Below, in pieces: positions 37,086 through 49,923 of a stretch of DNA of 64,000 nucleotides. Source of the stretch: the human T2T-CHM13v2.0 reference genome, Homo sapiens; the NCBI RefSeq assembly GCF_009914755.1, contig NC_060926.1; one strand, given 5' to 3'. Position 1 is the stretch's first letter, and every line of letters begins with the position of its first letter. The position numbers were made by a program, and so were the translations under genes. The notes under the pieces are model-generated. The model saw nothing but the letters and a program-made list of their open reading frames with translations. It did not search any database and was not told the origin of the DNA.

Positions 37086-40000
37086 ATACAACTAAAAACT
37101 ATGGACATTATGCATAAAACAAATATAAGAAGACTCCGAATAGTGGAGAGAAGAAGGAAGACCTACCTAGGGACCTTGGAATTCAAGAAATTTCATGGTG
37201 GTGAGTTTTGTGATATTTATTTTTTTGCCTCAAATACATTTGAATTAGAGGTGAAGAAGATAGCAATCTGGAAGCAACAATAGTCACAAACAAAAAGAAC
37301 AAAAAAAGCCAATAACAGCCTGAAGTCTCTAGCTAAAAGCCCAGAAAAGTGGTAGCCAGGCAAGATGGAAAATCGTTAAACAGTATCTTCTCTACTCCAG
37401 CCAAGCACTACAGAAAAGTCTATGGCCCCATCTGCATCTGTAACAACAAAAGTCAGATGGAAAGCCTAGGCTTCCACCCTTATGAGACTATAATATAGTA
37501 TTCCAAAACAGTACTGAGTTAGTGTTGGAGAAGTTGGAAGCCAGGACCTTCCTTCCTGCTGCGCACTAACAAACACGTGCTCGTAGGTCAGTACCATGGG
37601 AAATGCCTAGGTTTTATCCACACTAAGCAGTAACAAGGGTCACACTCCTCCCAAATGGAATGGTGTCAAAGGAGGCCTAGAGAAAAGTCAGAACTTTCAT
37701 TGTCACATAGCAGTAATGAGGCCAATTGAACCCAATCACAGTGCCAGTGGAGACCTCATGGAAAGGCAGAATTCCCACCCTCCTCACTCGAAAATAATGA
37801 TGAAACCTCCTCTTCTCAGGTGTCAACAAGGTCACCTGAGACACCCGTGGAGAACCTGGTCTTCTCCATTCATCTGTCAGCAATAAGGTGGCGACCCCCT
37901 TCCATTGCCAGTGTGGTATCAGAAAAACTCAGCTAAAACAGAAAACATAAATACAACTCTAAATTTTTTAAAATAATAGAAAAAAGACCAATATTCAATT
38001 GAAACTCATTTATCATGCCAAGAATCAGCAAGTTTTCAAACTGAATGAAATGGGTAATCAATACAAAACTAAGGTGACAGAAATGTGGAATTACATAATA
38101 AAAATATTAAAGCAGCCATGATAAAAATGCTTCAATAAGCAATTACAAACATGCTTGGAGCAAATAGAAAAAATAGAGAGTATCAGCAAAGAAATGTAAA
38201 AACTCACCAAAATTAGAAAATACAAATAAGAACCAAATGGAAATTTTAAAACTAAAAAAAATATTATAACCTAAATGAAAAGCTCAGGAGGTGGACCCAG
38301 TAGCAGAATGGAGAGGGAGAGAAGAGAATCAGTGAATTGGAAAATAGAATAATAAAATTAACAATTCCGTATAAAGGAAAAAATAGCCAGGGAAAAAAAT
38401 GGATACAGCTTTAGAGACCCATGGGAATATAACAAAAATTCTAGCAAAATTTTATAATTGAAATAATGGAAGAAGGGGAGAAAAGGTTTGGGACTGAAAA
38501 AGTATTCAAAGAAATATGACTGAAAATTTTCTAAATTTGACAAGAGATACAAAATCTACATATTTAAAGACAGTGAGTGAATCCCAAATAGGATAAACAC
38601 AAAGAAATCTACACCAAGACACAACGTAGTCAAAGTTCTGAAATCTGGAGATAAATACAAACTTTTGAAAGCAGTAAGAGAAAAATGACACTTCGCTTAT
38701 AAAGAAAAAACATTTACATGATACCAGATTTCTCTTCAGAAGCCATGGAAGGCAGAAGAAAATTGCACAGTATTTTTCAAGTCCTGAAAGAAAAGAACTG
38801 TCAACACAGACTCCTAAATCTGCAGAAAATACACTTCAGGAATGAAGAGAAAATAAACAAAAAAATTTTAAATGAAGAAAGATTAAAATTTGTTACTAGC
38901 AGACTTACTCTAAAAGAATGGCTGAAGGAAATTCTCCAAACAGACAGGAGGCAATTAAAAAAACAAAAAAAACAAAAAAAAAAAACAACTTTGGGATAGT
39001 AAGGAAGGAGAAAATACACAGTAAGAAAAAAAAATGACACAGAAAGTACACTTTTCTTTGAGTTTTCTAAATTGTGTTAGATGTTTGCAGCCAAAATTAT
39101 AACACTGTCTAATGTGCCTCTAAATATATGTAGAAAATATTTAAGATAATTACATTATAAATGGAAGAGTAAAGAGATGTGAGGAAGGTAGAATTCCTAT
39201 ACTTCACTCAATCTGGTAGGATGATAATAACTGTAGACTGTGACATGTATATTTATATGTCATATATATTTCTATATATAAATATGTCATATATATACAA
39301 TATATATAATTAGATCGAGATCAACCATTATAAAAGCTATAAAAGAGGTACATTGAAAACACTATAAGTAAATCTAAATGGAATTCAAAAAAGTGTTCAA
39401 GTAACTTACAGAAGGCTTAAAAAACAAAAGAGTGAAACAAAAAATAGAGCAAACAGAAGACAAACATACATTAAACATAATCCCTGTACTGAATAACAGG
39501 TCTGTTTCAAGTGGGAACAGAAAATGTATCAAGACAGACAATATCCTGGGGTACAAAACAAACTCAAACAATTTAGACAAAAAATTAAATAATATAGAGT
39601 GTGTTTCTAGCCACAGTGAGATCAAACTAGCAGTTAAAAATAACAGAAAAACATGCAAGTAGTTGGGAACTGGAGTAAAAAAAAATGCCCCTTCCAAGTA
39701 ATCATGGATCCAAAAGGAAGTTGAAATTGATAACCTAAAATACTATGGAGTTGAATGAAAATGAAAATGTACATATGTCACAACTTTGGTCACATAGTTA
39801 AAGCAGTACTGAGAAAAAAATTATAGTGTTAAATATGTATATACATTAGAAAAGAGAAAAAAATGAAGTAGAAAATCTAAGCTCTTACACAAGAACTTAG
39901 AAAAATAATTTTTAAAAATCCAAGCAACAGAAAGGAAATTGTAAAAATCAAAATAGAAATCAATGAAATTGAAAACATAAAATAGAGAAACTCAGTGAAA

Positions 40001-40440
40001 CAAAAAGCTGGTTCTCTGAAAATAATAGTAAAATCGACTAAGCTTTAGCATGACTGGCAAAAATATGAGAAAAGACACAAATAACCAACAGTAAAAATGT
40101 TATAGGAAAATCACTTTAGACCCTGCAGACATCAAAAGGCTAATAAGGAAATTCTGTAAATTTCTGTAAAATATAAATTTGACAGCACAGATGAATTATA
40201 CCAATTCCTACATAGGCAAAAACTAGCACAACCTATCAATATGAAATGGATCATTTAAATAGCCCTAAAATTATTAAAGGCAGAAAACGAGTAAAGATAT
40301 AGAAGGTTAGAACAATGTTGTCAATCAATTTCTTCTACTTGACATTTTGCAGAACATTCTACCATACGAAAGCAAAATAAGTTTTTAATGTGCATATAGG
40401 ATATTCACGTAGAAAGACCATATTCTGGATCAAAAGTGAA
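37085..40440 (+). mobile_element. Second old L1M (L1MD/MC-like): 5' UTR, ORF1 and ORF2 N-terminal remnants
   Basis: ORF 38718-38999 (DFSSEAMEGRRKLHSIFQVLKEKNCQHR) is the ORF1p C-terminal domain; ORF 39432-39662 (KTDNILGYKT...SSHSEIKL) is an endonuclease remnant. Confidence 0.7.
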
Positions 40441-42944
40441 AAAAATGTTGGACGTGAAACTATTTTGACACATCATAAATATTATATGATGGAATTGTGT
40501 TAACATGACCAAAAATGGTTTTTAAATACAAGGAAAACAAAAGAGTGAAAAATGTAAAATTCAATATCTTTTTTAAAAATATTTTGGACTAAATGTCACA
40601 TTTGGTTTGATTGCATGGATTTTAAGACACAGTGTTTCAAATATTTTATAAGAAAAATGAACCATATTTTAAGTACTGGTAGCCAAAATCTTAAATTTTA
40701 TAAAATAAAGTTGATCCTAGAGACAGGGAATAAAATATTACAGAGTTGGCTTTGGGATTTTTATAATAGGACTATTCCTGAAAAGTTCCACTATGAGCTA
40801 AAGAAAAGCAAACTAAAGCAAGTAAACAACAACAGCAATCACTCCCCCACTATAATCTCCCCATTTATATGTAAGACATTTCAACATTAATGATTTTAAG
40901 GTAAGTGCACTGAGGGATGCAGTTAGAATAGGGCTGTGCAGTTTGGAAGTTGGTAGGATTCCATTAGAGCCACCAGAGCACTTAAACTGTCATAAACTCT
41001 AGTCACTTAGCAGGAGACTAAGGAAAGAAAAGCTAATCTTAAGTGGTGGAGGCAGGAGTTTAAAATAATGGATTGCAGGGGATAGTTTGGCCATCAACAG
41101 GAACATAATCAGAAAACAAGTAAGCTGGGAGATCAATTTAAAACTTACCCAGCAGTTAGCAGGAAGCGATAAAGTAATATAATGAGGGGACAGATGTTGA
41201 AGTGTCAATGTCAGTATAATAGGAGTGCCAGGATCACTAATAATTAAGCAATAAAGACAAAATATCTGAATAAATAGTACCTGAGCATTTCTTACAATCA
41301 GAGAAAAATAATACTTCAATTTGTAAAAATGTATATAATATATCTAAGTGTCATGTATGGTGAGGTGTCATATATACCAATTATAGAAAAGTTGAGGTCA
41401 ACAAAGACAGAAAAGCAGATCTCCTTCTGAGGAACATGGTTCAGCAAAGTTGGACTGGTGACTTCCACAGCAGATTGAATATGAAGTCAGCAAATCATAT
41501 TTTTAAATGCATCATGTACATATCCCTTTTTTGTTTGATTCCACTTTATTTAGAGCCAAAAAATTAGATTTGGGGAAACTACTAGCATTGTAGTTGGTTA
41601 ATAAACTATTATTTTTATTTGATATCAATTTTAACCCGAGCCGTGTATTCTGTTAAATTTCATGGCAGAGTGAAATCCCTTTGAACTCATGACTGTAGAG
41701 GTACTTAAGTTGGGAACAGTGACAAACCAAGGACAGATGTGGTGTGGAGGGAAAGGTAGTGGGTTCAGTGTAAATAGATACCATATATACTATATACACA
41801 AAACATAGATAATTATATAATAGAGTAGTAGTTTTGGATAATAGGTCTACAACAGAATTGCCTTGTTATTTTTACTTCTGTTTCAAATAGGGTGAAATAT
41901 TAGAAAACTGTCTGAAATTCACGCTGTAAGCATGAAAACAATCTGAATAAAACAATTTTTAAAAATGTATTAATGAGCTGATTGTTTAATGGTGAATACC
42001 TCAAGGTCAAAGCTGGTAAAAGGAAAGGGGATCCAGATAGATACATGGGTCACTGAAGCAATTTTCCCTGTTGTATGTGCTGAAACTGAAGACCACAGAG
42101 CTTCTATGTCAGTGGCCTCAAAATTGCAAAGGAAAGGAGGTAAGACCTAGGGCTTATTCAAGTGAAGAGCCCAACAAAAGCAAACCCACTCCTGACACAA
42201 AGTTGACCCTGAAATATAGAACCCTCCATGGAAATGTGGATTAAAAATAAATCTGATATGCTTAACTGCTGCTAGGGGATTATTTAAATTAAAACAGAGC
42301 CCCGCGTGAAAGTGAAAAAACCTTTCTCAGAAATAATTCATGATCACATTCTAGACTCCATCTGCATATGAAAACCTAGTTTGCATAACCCTAATGTCTT
42401 AAGGGGCCTTTGTGGGGGAAAAAAAAATCAAATGTCCCGTTAGTGTTCTCATGTTCTTGGAAAGAGCAAACAAATTTTCTCTCGAAAAACCCATCTTCTT
42501 CTGGGCAGTAAAGCTTTCTCACAGACTAAATCCAAGACCTACAGCTATGACTTTTTCGGTTAAAAATCAGTGATTTTTTTTTCAGTCAAAAAAAACCCAA
42601 AAAAAGATCAAACAAGAGAAAAACAACAACTAGGAATTAGCAGAGAACACAGCAAAATCTAACGTTTGAATCTTCAGAACTGTAAATATCAACTGAAGAA
42701 AATAACATGATTTGTTAAGTACACTTGGATGATTGCAAATATAGGTAAAGATTAAGAAACTAAAAAGTAAAATAATCAAAACTAAAATTAAAAACACAAT
42801 GAATGAAATTAATGACTTGTAAGATAAAGTTCGGAAAAAAATATCTAGGAAGCATAGTGAGAAAGAGATAAAAAGTATAAAAGGAAAGAGTTGAGAGGGA
42901 AAACTGGACAAAGGATATAGTTGAAGAAATAATGATTGAGAATT

Positions 42945-43078
42945 ATCTTAGTCTGCTCAGGCTGCCATTGCAAAATACACAGGATTGGCTGTATAGACAA
43001 TAAAAATTTATTTCTCACACTTCTGGTATATGGAAGTCAAAGATCATGGTGCCAGCAATATCTAGTGTTTGATAAGGT
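42945..43078 (-). mobile_element. MLT1A/MST-type MaLR LTR fragment
   Basis: TCTTAGTCTGCTCAGGCTGCCATTGCAAAATACAC...AATTTATTTCTCACACTTCTGG...AAGATCATGGTGCCAGCA. Confidence 0.7.
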
Positions 43079-44796
43079 AAGAAAGAAGAGAGATTTAAAA
43101 AAATCAGTGCAATTAGCACAAAATTAAAGTGATAGAGATAAATCTAAATGTGGCAGTAAATTATAGTAAATGTAAATGAACAAAATGCTTTATTTAAAAG
43201 GGAAATATTTTGGAATAATTTCTTAAAAATCAAAATACATGTTACAAGAATAATATGCAAAACCTAAATATGCAGAAATTTGAAAGAACGAGGAAACATA
43301 TGCTATGAAATTTATAATAATATTAAAGCTGACATAACTATATTAATAATAGACGATACAGACTTTAAGGCAAAAAACATTACTAGGGAAATAGAGAATC
43401 TTTATATACTGATAGAGATTTCAATCTATCAGGAAGATCATCAATTATAAATCTGTATAACAGCCTCAAAACATATAAAGCAAAGACTTACAGAACTAGA
43501 GACTAATCAACTAACATAGTGAAGGATACATAGTGAGAAATTTAACACACTTCTGTCATTAGATAAAATGCACAAAAAAAATCAGCATATATAGAAGAGA
43601 TTAAAGAGACATTTTTAATGAATTCTGCAAGGACAAAGCAAAAAGTTGGTGAACTTATTCTTTCTATAAAACAGTGAACATACAAGCAAGATAACTAAAA
43701 TAAACTCTTTCAGAAGTGTGGTAATTAGACAAAGCCACAGATTAAACCGAAAATAGGGCAACTGCTAATCCTAGCTAAGACAGCAGAGTCTATATTGTTT
43801 TAATTTAGGGTGATTCCCATCCGCCTCCCTCTTTCAGTGGCACTGTTCCCGAAAGTTGGCAGCAACCTAGAAAACAGAGATATCAGACACTTTTGGAGAT
43901 CTGTTAAAAGTACAATCTCTAGGGCATAGTCAATATTTTATCTGAACTTGCAGTTCCCTGAGATATTTCTATTCTCAAGAATGTGGAGGCTGTTTGATTT
44001 GACTCAGAGCTCAATTCAGCAGAACAGTCTAACCCTAGGGCATTTCCAAAACAATAGCAAACGGATGGCAAGCAGCATAGTTGCCTGAGGCTGTGATTTC
44101 ACTTGGGGCAAACAAGAGCCTGTCTGGGAACTGAAAAGGGAATTTTGGAAAACTAGGTGATCATAGGGAACTTTAAAAAGCTCTGACATATGCCCGAGAA
44201 TCTGAAAGTTTGTATGTATGCGCATACGCAGAAAAATATATGGAAAATAAGAAAGCACCGGTCACTGACTGACTTAAGGCCTTGAACAAACAGAAACTAA
44301 AAGCTAAGACTGTTCTGTAAAATGAGGACCTGAAGTTAAAAGGTGTACCTCCTCACAAGAGTGCCATTAGCAAAGAATAGAAGATACACAGGCAAGGCAC
44401 TTACAAAACTCTGACAAATGATTGGAGCATAATTTAGCTGACCGCTAAATTATACTGACCCAAATATGACCATCAGGGAACCAGGCTTAAAAATAAAAAC
44501 AATAACTTAAAAACAAATACTAACTGTGAACTCTGTGGCCACACATTGCAAAGAATACAGAATCTAAAATTAATTAAGGAAAGTCTTTACACAAATAACA
44601 GCAATAAGGAAAAACATCTCAGTAACAGAAGTAGAAAACTCAACATCAGAATAGCTTTCTTGCATTATCTAGAATGTCCAATTTTTAACAAAATATACTA
44701 GACGTGGAAAAAACGGAAACATAAAACAAACATAAAACGTCAGCAGATTCTGTGACTGAGGGGGCCTGAATTTTGGATTTAGTAAATAAAGACTTT

Positions 44797-45637
44797 TGTA
44801 AACCAAAAATAAAATTCTAAGTCCTCCAGCTAACTGAATGGACCTGTCCTCTTGCCCAAGGCTTTCTAAAATAAACCTGAAACACTAGTTCAGGCCATGA
44901 TGGGAATGGATGGTTGGACATGCTTCATTATACGTTCCTCCCTTTGGAATTCAGGCAGAGCTGACCAGCATTACCATTAAAAGAGGGACCTCAAGACTCA
45001 CAAAGCAGACTTTTTGTAGCAATAAGATACCAATGTGATGGATTATAGGCATTGAAAGAAATCAAAGTATTTTATACCAAAGTATGTTTCTATGACAAAT
45101 TTTAAAAAGGCCCTGCAAAGCTGTCTTTTGTGATGAAAATTTACATTCTGTAGAGGGTTCTTTTCCCTTTCCATGTTTTTTTCCCTGATCCAAGAGAGAA
45201 TTAACTAAGAGTCTGGCACCTTTTTAGGCCTGAGAAGAGCTCTGAAGCCTGCTACCTGGAGGCTTTATCTACGTGATAAAACCTTGGTCTCCACAGCCCC
45301 TTATCTTCACCTAGACATTCCTTTCTATTTATTCCAGGTCTTTAGATAATAAGCCTTTCAACCAATTGCCAATCGGAAAATCTTTGAATCTGCCTAGACC
45401 TGGAAGCCCCCTCTTCAAGTTGTCCTACCTTTCTGGACTGAACTAATGTACATCTTACCTGTACTGATAGATGTCTTATGTCTCCCTAAAATATGTAAAA
45501 CCAAGCTGTAGCCTGACCATCTTGGGGACATATTCTCAGGATCTCTTGGGGCTATGTCATGGGGCATTGGTCACTCATATTTGGCTCAGAATAAGTATCT
45601 TCAAATCTTTTACAGGGTTAAGCTCTCTTCATCAATA
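44797..45637 (+). mobile_element. MER4D/E-type ERV1 solo LTR inserted in L1
   Basis: Starts TGTAAACCAAAAATAAAATTCTAAG and ends ...CTCTTCATCAATA; exact 4-bp TSD CTTT (44793-44796, 45638-45641); host L1 sequence resumes afterwards. Confidence 0.88.
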
Positions 45638-46351
45638 CTTTAAATTAGCTATTAGTATGTTAAAAGAACTACAGAACATAATGTACAAAAATTAAAGTGT
45701 AACAACTATGTATAACCAAATACAGAATATAAAGAAAGAAATAATAATTATAAAAAAGAACCAATTAGAATTTCTGAAGTTGAAAAAAAAACTGGAATAG
45801 AAAATTCACAATGGAGGCACAAAAATAGAGCTGGTAGAAGAAAAAATCAGCAATCATAAAAATATGTTAATAGTGAAATTCCAGTCTGAGGAGGAGAATT
45901 TAAGAAATGAATATAAATGAACAGTCTCAGAGACCTGTTAGCATCAATAATTTCAACATATGCATAATGAGTATTCTAGAAAAAGAGAATGAGAAAGAAT
46001 GAGGAGAAAATAATGAGAAAAAAATTGAGGAAATAATGCCAAAATCTTCCCAATTTTGGTGAAAAATGTTAATCTTGCTGAAAAATGTCACTCAATAAAT
46101 TCAAGAAACATGATGAACTCTAAGTAGAATAAATGTGACTTCATCCATGTTAGACACATCATAGTCGTATTTAAATCAGTAATAAAGAGAAAATCTTAAA
46201 AGCAGTAAGAGAATAACAACTCATTATATAAAACTGTTCTCAGTATGATTAATCTAATTTCTCATCAGAAAACATGAAGGCCAGAAAAGAATGGAATGCC
46301 ATATGTTCAAAGGGCTCAGAATAAAGACTGTCAATTCAGAATCCCATGTCC

Positions 46352-48425
46352 AAGCACATTAAATAAGATCATTCACCATGATCAAGTGGGACTTATCCCT
46401 GGAGTGCATGGATAACTCAATATACACAAATCAATATATGTGATACATCACATCAACAGAATGAAGGACTAAAACCATGTGATTTTCTCAACAGATGCAG
46501 AAAAAGCATTTGATAAAATTTAGCATCGCTTTATAATACTAACCCTCAACAAACTAGGTATAGAAAGAGAGTGGTTCAACACAATATAGGCCATATATTA
46601 CAGACCAACTGCTAAGATTATGCTGAACACAGACAAGCTGAAAACTTTTTCTCTAAGAACTGGAACAAGACAAGGATATCCACTCTCACCACTCTTATTC
46701 AAATTGTATTTGAAGTCATAGCCAGAGAAATAAGGGGCAAGATAAAGAAGTAAAAAAGGAAACCCAAACTGGAAAGAAAGAAGTCAAATTGTCCCTGTTT
46801 GCAAAGGATATGATTTTATATATAGAAAACCCTAAAAGTGCAACCGAAAAACTTTTAGAATTGATACAGAAATTCAGTAAAGTTGCAGGATACAAAATTG
46901 ACATACAAAAATCAGTAGCATTTCTACCCACTAAAAAATGAAATAATGGAAAAATGATGCAAAAAAGAAATCCCATTTACAATAGTTAAAAAATTAAAAA
47001 ATAAAAATCAAGGAATAAATTTAACCAAGAAGTTGAAAGATCTCTAAAGGAAAACTAGAAAACACTAATGAAAGAGATTGAAGAGGTCACCAAAATAACT
47101 AGAGGTATATTTCGTGTTTATGAACCGGACAAATTAATATTGTGAAAACGACCAAAATATAAAGAACAATCTACAGAGTCAATGCAATCCCTATCAAAAT
47201 ATCAATGATACTATTCACAGAAATAAAAAATATCTTAAAATTCATATGGCACTACAGAAGTCCCTAAATCACCAAAGCAATCCTGAACAAAAAGAACAAA
47301 GCTGAAGTCATCACATTACCTGACTTCAAAATATATTCTAAAGCTATAGTAACAAAAACAGCATGTCACTGGCATAAAAAACTAACACATAGACCAATGA
47401 AACAGAATCAAGAATCCAGAAACAAATCCGTATATTTATGGCCAACTGATTTTTGATAAAGGCAGTAAGAATATTCACTGGAAAAAGAAGTGAATGCTCT
47501 TCCATAAATGCTGCTGAAAAAATTAGATATCCATATGCAGAAAAAATGAACCTCTATCTCTATTTCTCTCCCTTTTTTTTTTTTTTTTTTGAGATGTAGT
47601 CTCGCTTTGTCACCCAGGCTAGAGTGCAGTGGCGCGATCTCGGCCCACTGCAAGCTCCGCCTCCCGGGTTCATGCCATTGTCCTGCCTCAGCCTCCTGAG
47701 TAGCTGGGACTACAGGCGCCCACCACCACGCCCAGCTAATTTTTTTGTATTTTTAGTAGAGACGGGGTTTCACTGTGTTAGCCAGAAAGGTCTCGATCTC
47801 CTGACCTCGTGATCCGCCCTCCTCAGCCTCCCAAAGTGCTGGGATTACAGGCATGAGCCACCGCGCCAGACCTCTGTTTCTCATCATATACAAAAATAAA
47901 ATGAAAATGGATTAAAGGCTTAAACGTAATACCTGAAACTATGAATGTACTAGAAGAAAACATTGGGGAAACACTTCAGGACATTGGTCTGGGCAAAGAT
48001 ATTTTTGATAAGACCTCAAAAGCACACTGTTACACAAACATAAATAGACAAACGGGATTATATCAAGCTAAAAAGTACAAGAAAGGAAACAAGTAACAGA
48101 GTGATGAGGCAACCTATTTGCAAATATTTGCAAACTATTCATCTGACAACTGATTAATAACCAGAATATAAAAGAAACTAAAACAACTCAAAAAGCAAAA
48201 GCAAAAAAAAAAAAAAAAACTGATTAAAAAGTGGACAAATGATCTGAATAGACATTTCTCAAAAGGAGACATACAAATGGCCAACAGGCATATGAAAAAC
48301 TGCACATCACTAATCACCAGAGGAATGCATATCAAAACCATAATGAGATGTTGTCTCTCTCCAGTTAAAATGGCTATTATCAAAAAGATGAAAAGTAATA
48401 GACGCTGGCAAGAATGCAAAGAAAG
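46352..48425 (+). mobile_element. L1 (L1MA/PB-like) ORF2 segment, RT to C-terminal region, decayed
   Basis: Remnants of [39 protein letters not shown] (RT FADD motif degraded) and MANRHMK. Confidence 0.85.
47573..47872 (-). mobile_element. AluY
   Basis: Poly-T followed by a full Alu with Y-type diagnostics (CTGCAAGCTCCGCCTCCCGGGTTCATGCCATT, GTGTTAGCCAG, CCTGACCTCGTGATCCG) and many retained CpGs; TSD TCTATTTCTC/TCTGTTTCTC. Confidence 0.93.
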
Positions 48426-49364
48426 ACCGTTGGTAGGACAAGGCTTGTTTAGGCATTTTAAGCAAGAATAATGCTTGTATTTTTAAATGCTTATATAAGA
48501 GGTCTGTGTGGTTTCTGAATTCTGCTTCTGCATTATTTCAAAGGGATTCCTTTTCTATTTATTTTTGTTTTGCTGAAATCCAAGGAAAATTGGAATTGAA
48601 TGTAAAATCACAACCTCAAAGGCAACAGTTGCTGATGAGGATGGTATGCCTTATGCGAAAAACCCTTAATGAATTTAGTCACCTGACAAATTGAGAGCAG
48701 TATGAGCTAAATGGACTTTGATATTTTTCCTTGGTTAAGTCCTGACTGCTTTCCTCTATTTATCTGTGTCACTTTTGTTAATAGTTTATAAGGAAAGTTC
48801 ATGGTTGACAAGGCCAGATGGGTCCTGAAAATATTGGAAATATTTCAGGCTTAAAGATAGGCTTTTTCTTGGGCCGTGATGTGGTAGAAAAAACCCTGGA
48901 CAAGGAGATCAGAGGTCTGCTTTGAAACTCAGTTCTGCCACCAATCATTGACCTTGCAAATCATTGTTTCTCTGGGCCTCAGTTTGAATATTCTGCCTCT
49001 TCTAGTACTACCAATGGATACTATTTTTTGAATACTCAAAATGTGACAGCATGTCAAAGTTAATACACCTATGTCTTTATCTGTAATAATTCATTTAATA
49101 CACACAAGTCTAAGACAAAAACTCTATTTCCTATAAGTAAAATAAAACTCTATAAACTCTATTTCCTCTAAGGTGGGAAATATTATTCCTGGTTAAAATA
49201 CAAACAAACACACTTGAGAAAACTAAGATTCAATGAACTTAAGTAACATTATCAAGATCACGGAGGTGGAATCAAATCTAGGTCTGTTTAAATCCAAAGC
49301 AGTAAATATTGTCTTGATGATTGCTTTGTTGTAATTTTATTGATTAGCATATTATTACTGTATA

Positions 49365-49923
49365 CATTAGCCCTCCTCTTTTCTGTGGGGGATACATTCT
49401 AGGACTTCCAGTGAATGCCTGAGCCTGAAGCCTCAGATCATACTCAACGCTATACATACAATGTTTTATCCTATATATACATACCTGTGATAAAGTTTAA
49501 CTTATAAATTAGGTATAAGAAAAGATTAACAATGATAAATAATAATAAAATGGAACAATTATAACAATATGACAGCATTACTACTGTTGCACTTTGGGGC
49601 CATTATTAAGTAAATTAAGGATTACTTGAAGACAAGCACTGCAATACCACAACACCCAATCTGATAATTGAGGCAGCTACTAAATGACTAATGGGCAGAT
49701 AGTATATATAATCTGGATACACTGGATAAGGGAAGGATTCACATCTCAGGTGAGATGGAGCAGGAAAAGCATGAAATTTCATCATGCTACTCAGAGTGGC
49801 ACAAAATTTAATAGTTACGGATTATTTATTTCTGGAATTTTCCATTTAATATTTTCAAACCAGGGTTGTCTGTGTGTAACTGGAACCACAGCAACTAAAA
49901 CCGCAGATAAGGAGAGACTACTG
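49365..49923 (-). mobile_element. MER44 (Tigger7-derived TcMar DNA transposon)
   Basis: Terminal inverted repeats CATTAGCCCTCCTCTT / GATAAGGAGAGACTACTG, flanking TA dinucleotides, internal match to MER44 (TATTTCTGGAATTTTCCATTTAATATTTTC). Confidence 0.85.

Larger units (their letters stand above)
41870..46350 (+). mobile_element. Patchwork of old L1M fragments (5' UTR, ORF1, endonuclease) with nested LTRs
   Basis: Endonuclease-like remnant at 43130-43600 and ORF1-like sequence at 45640-46350; piece boundaries not resolved. Confidence 0.55.
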
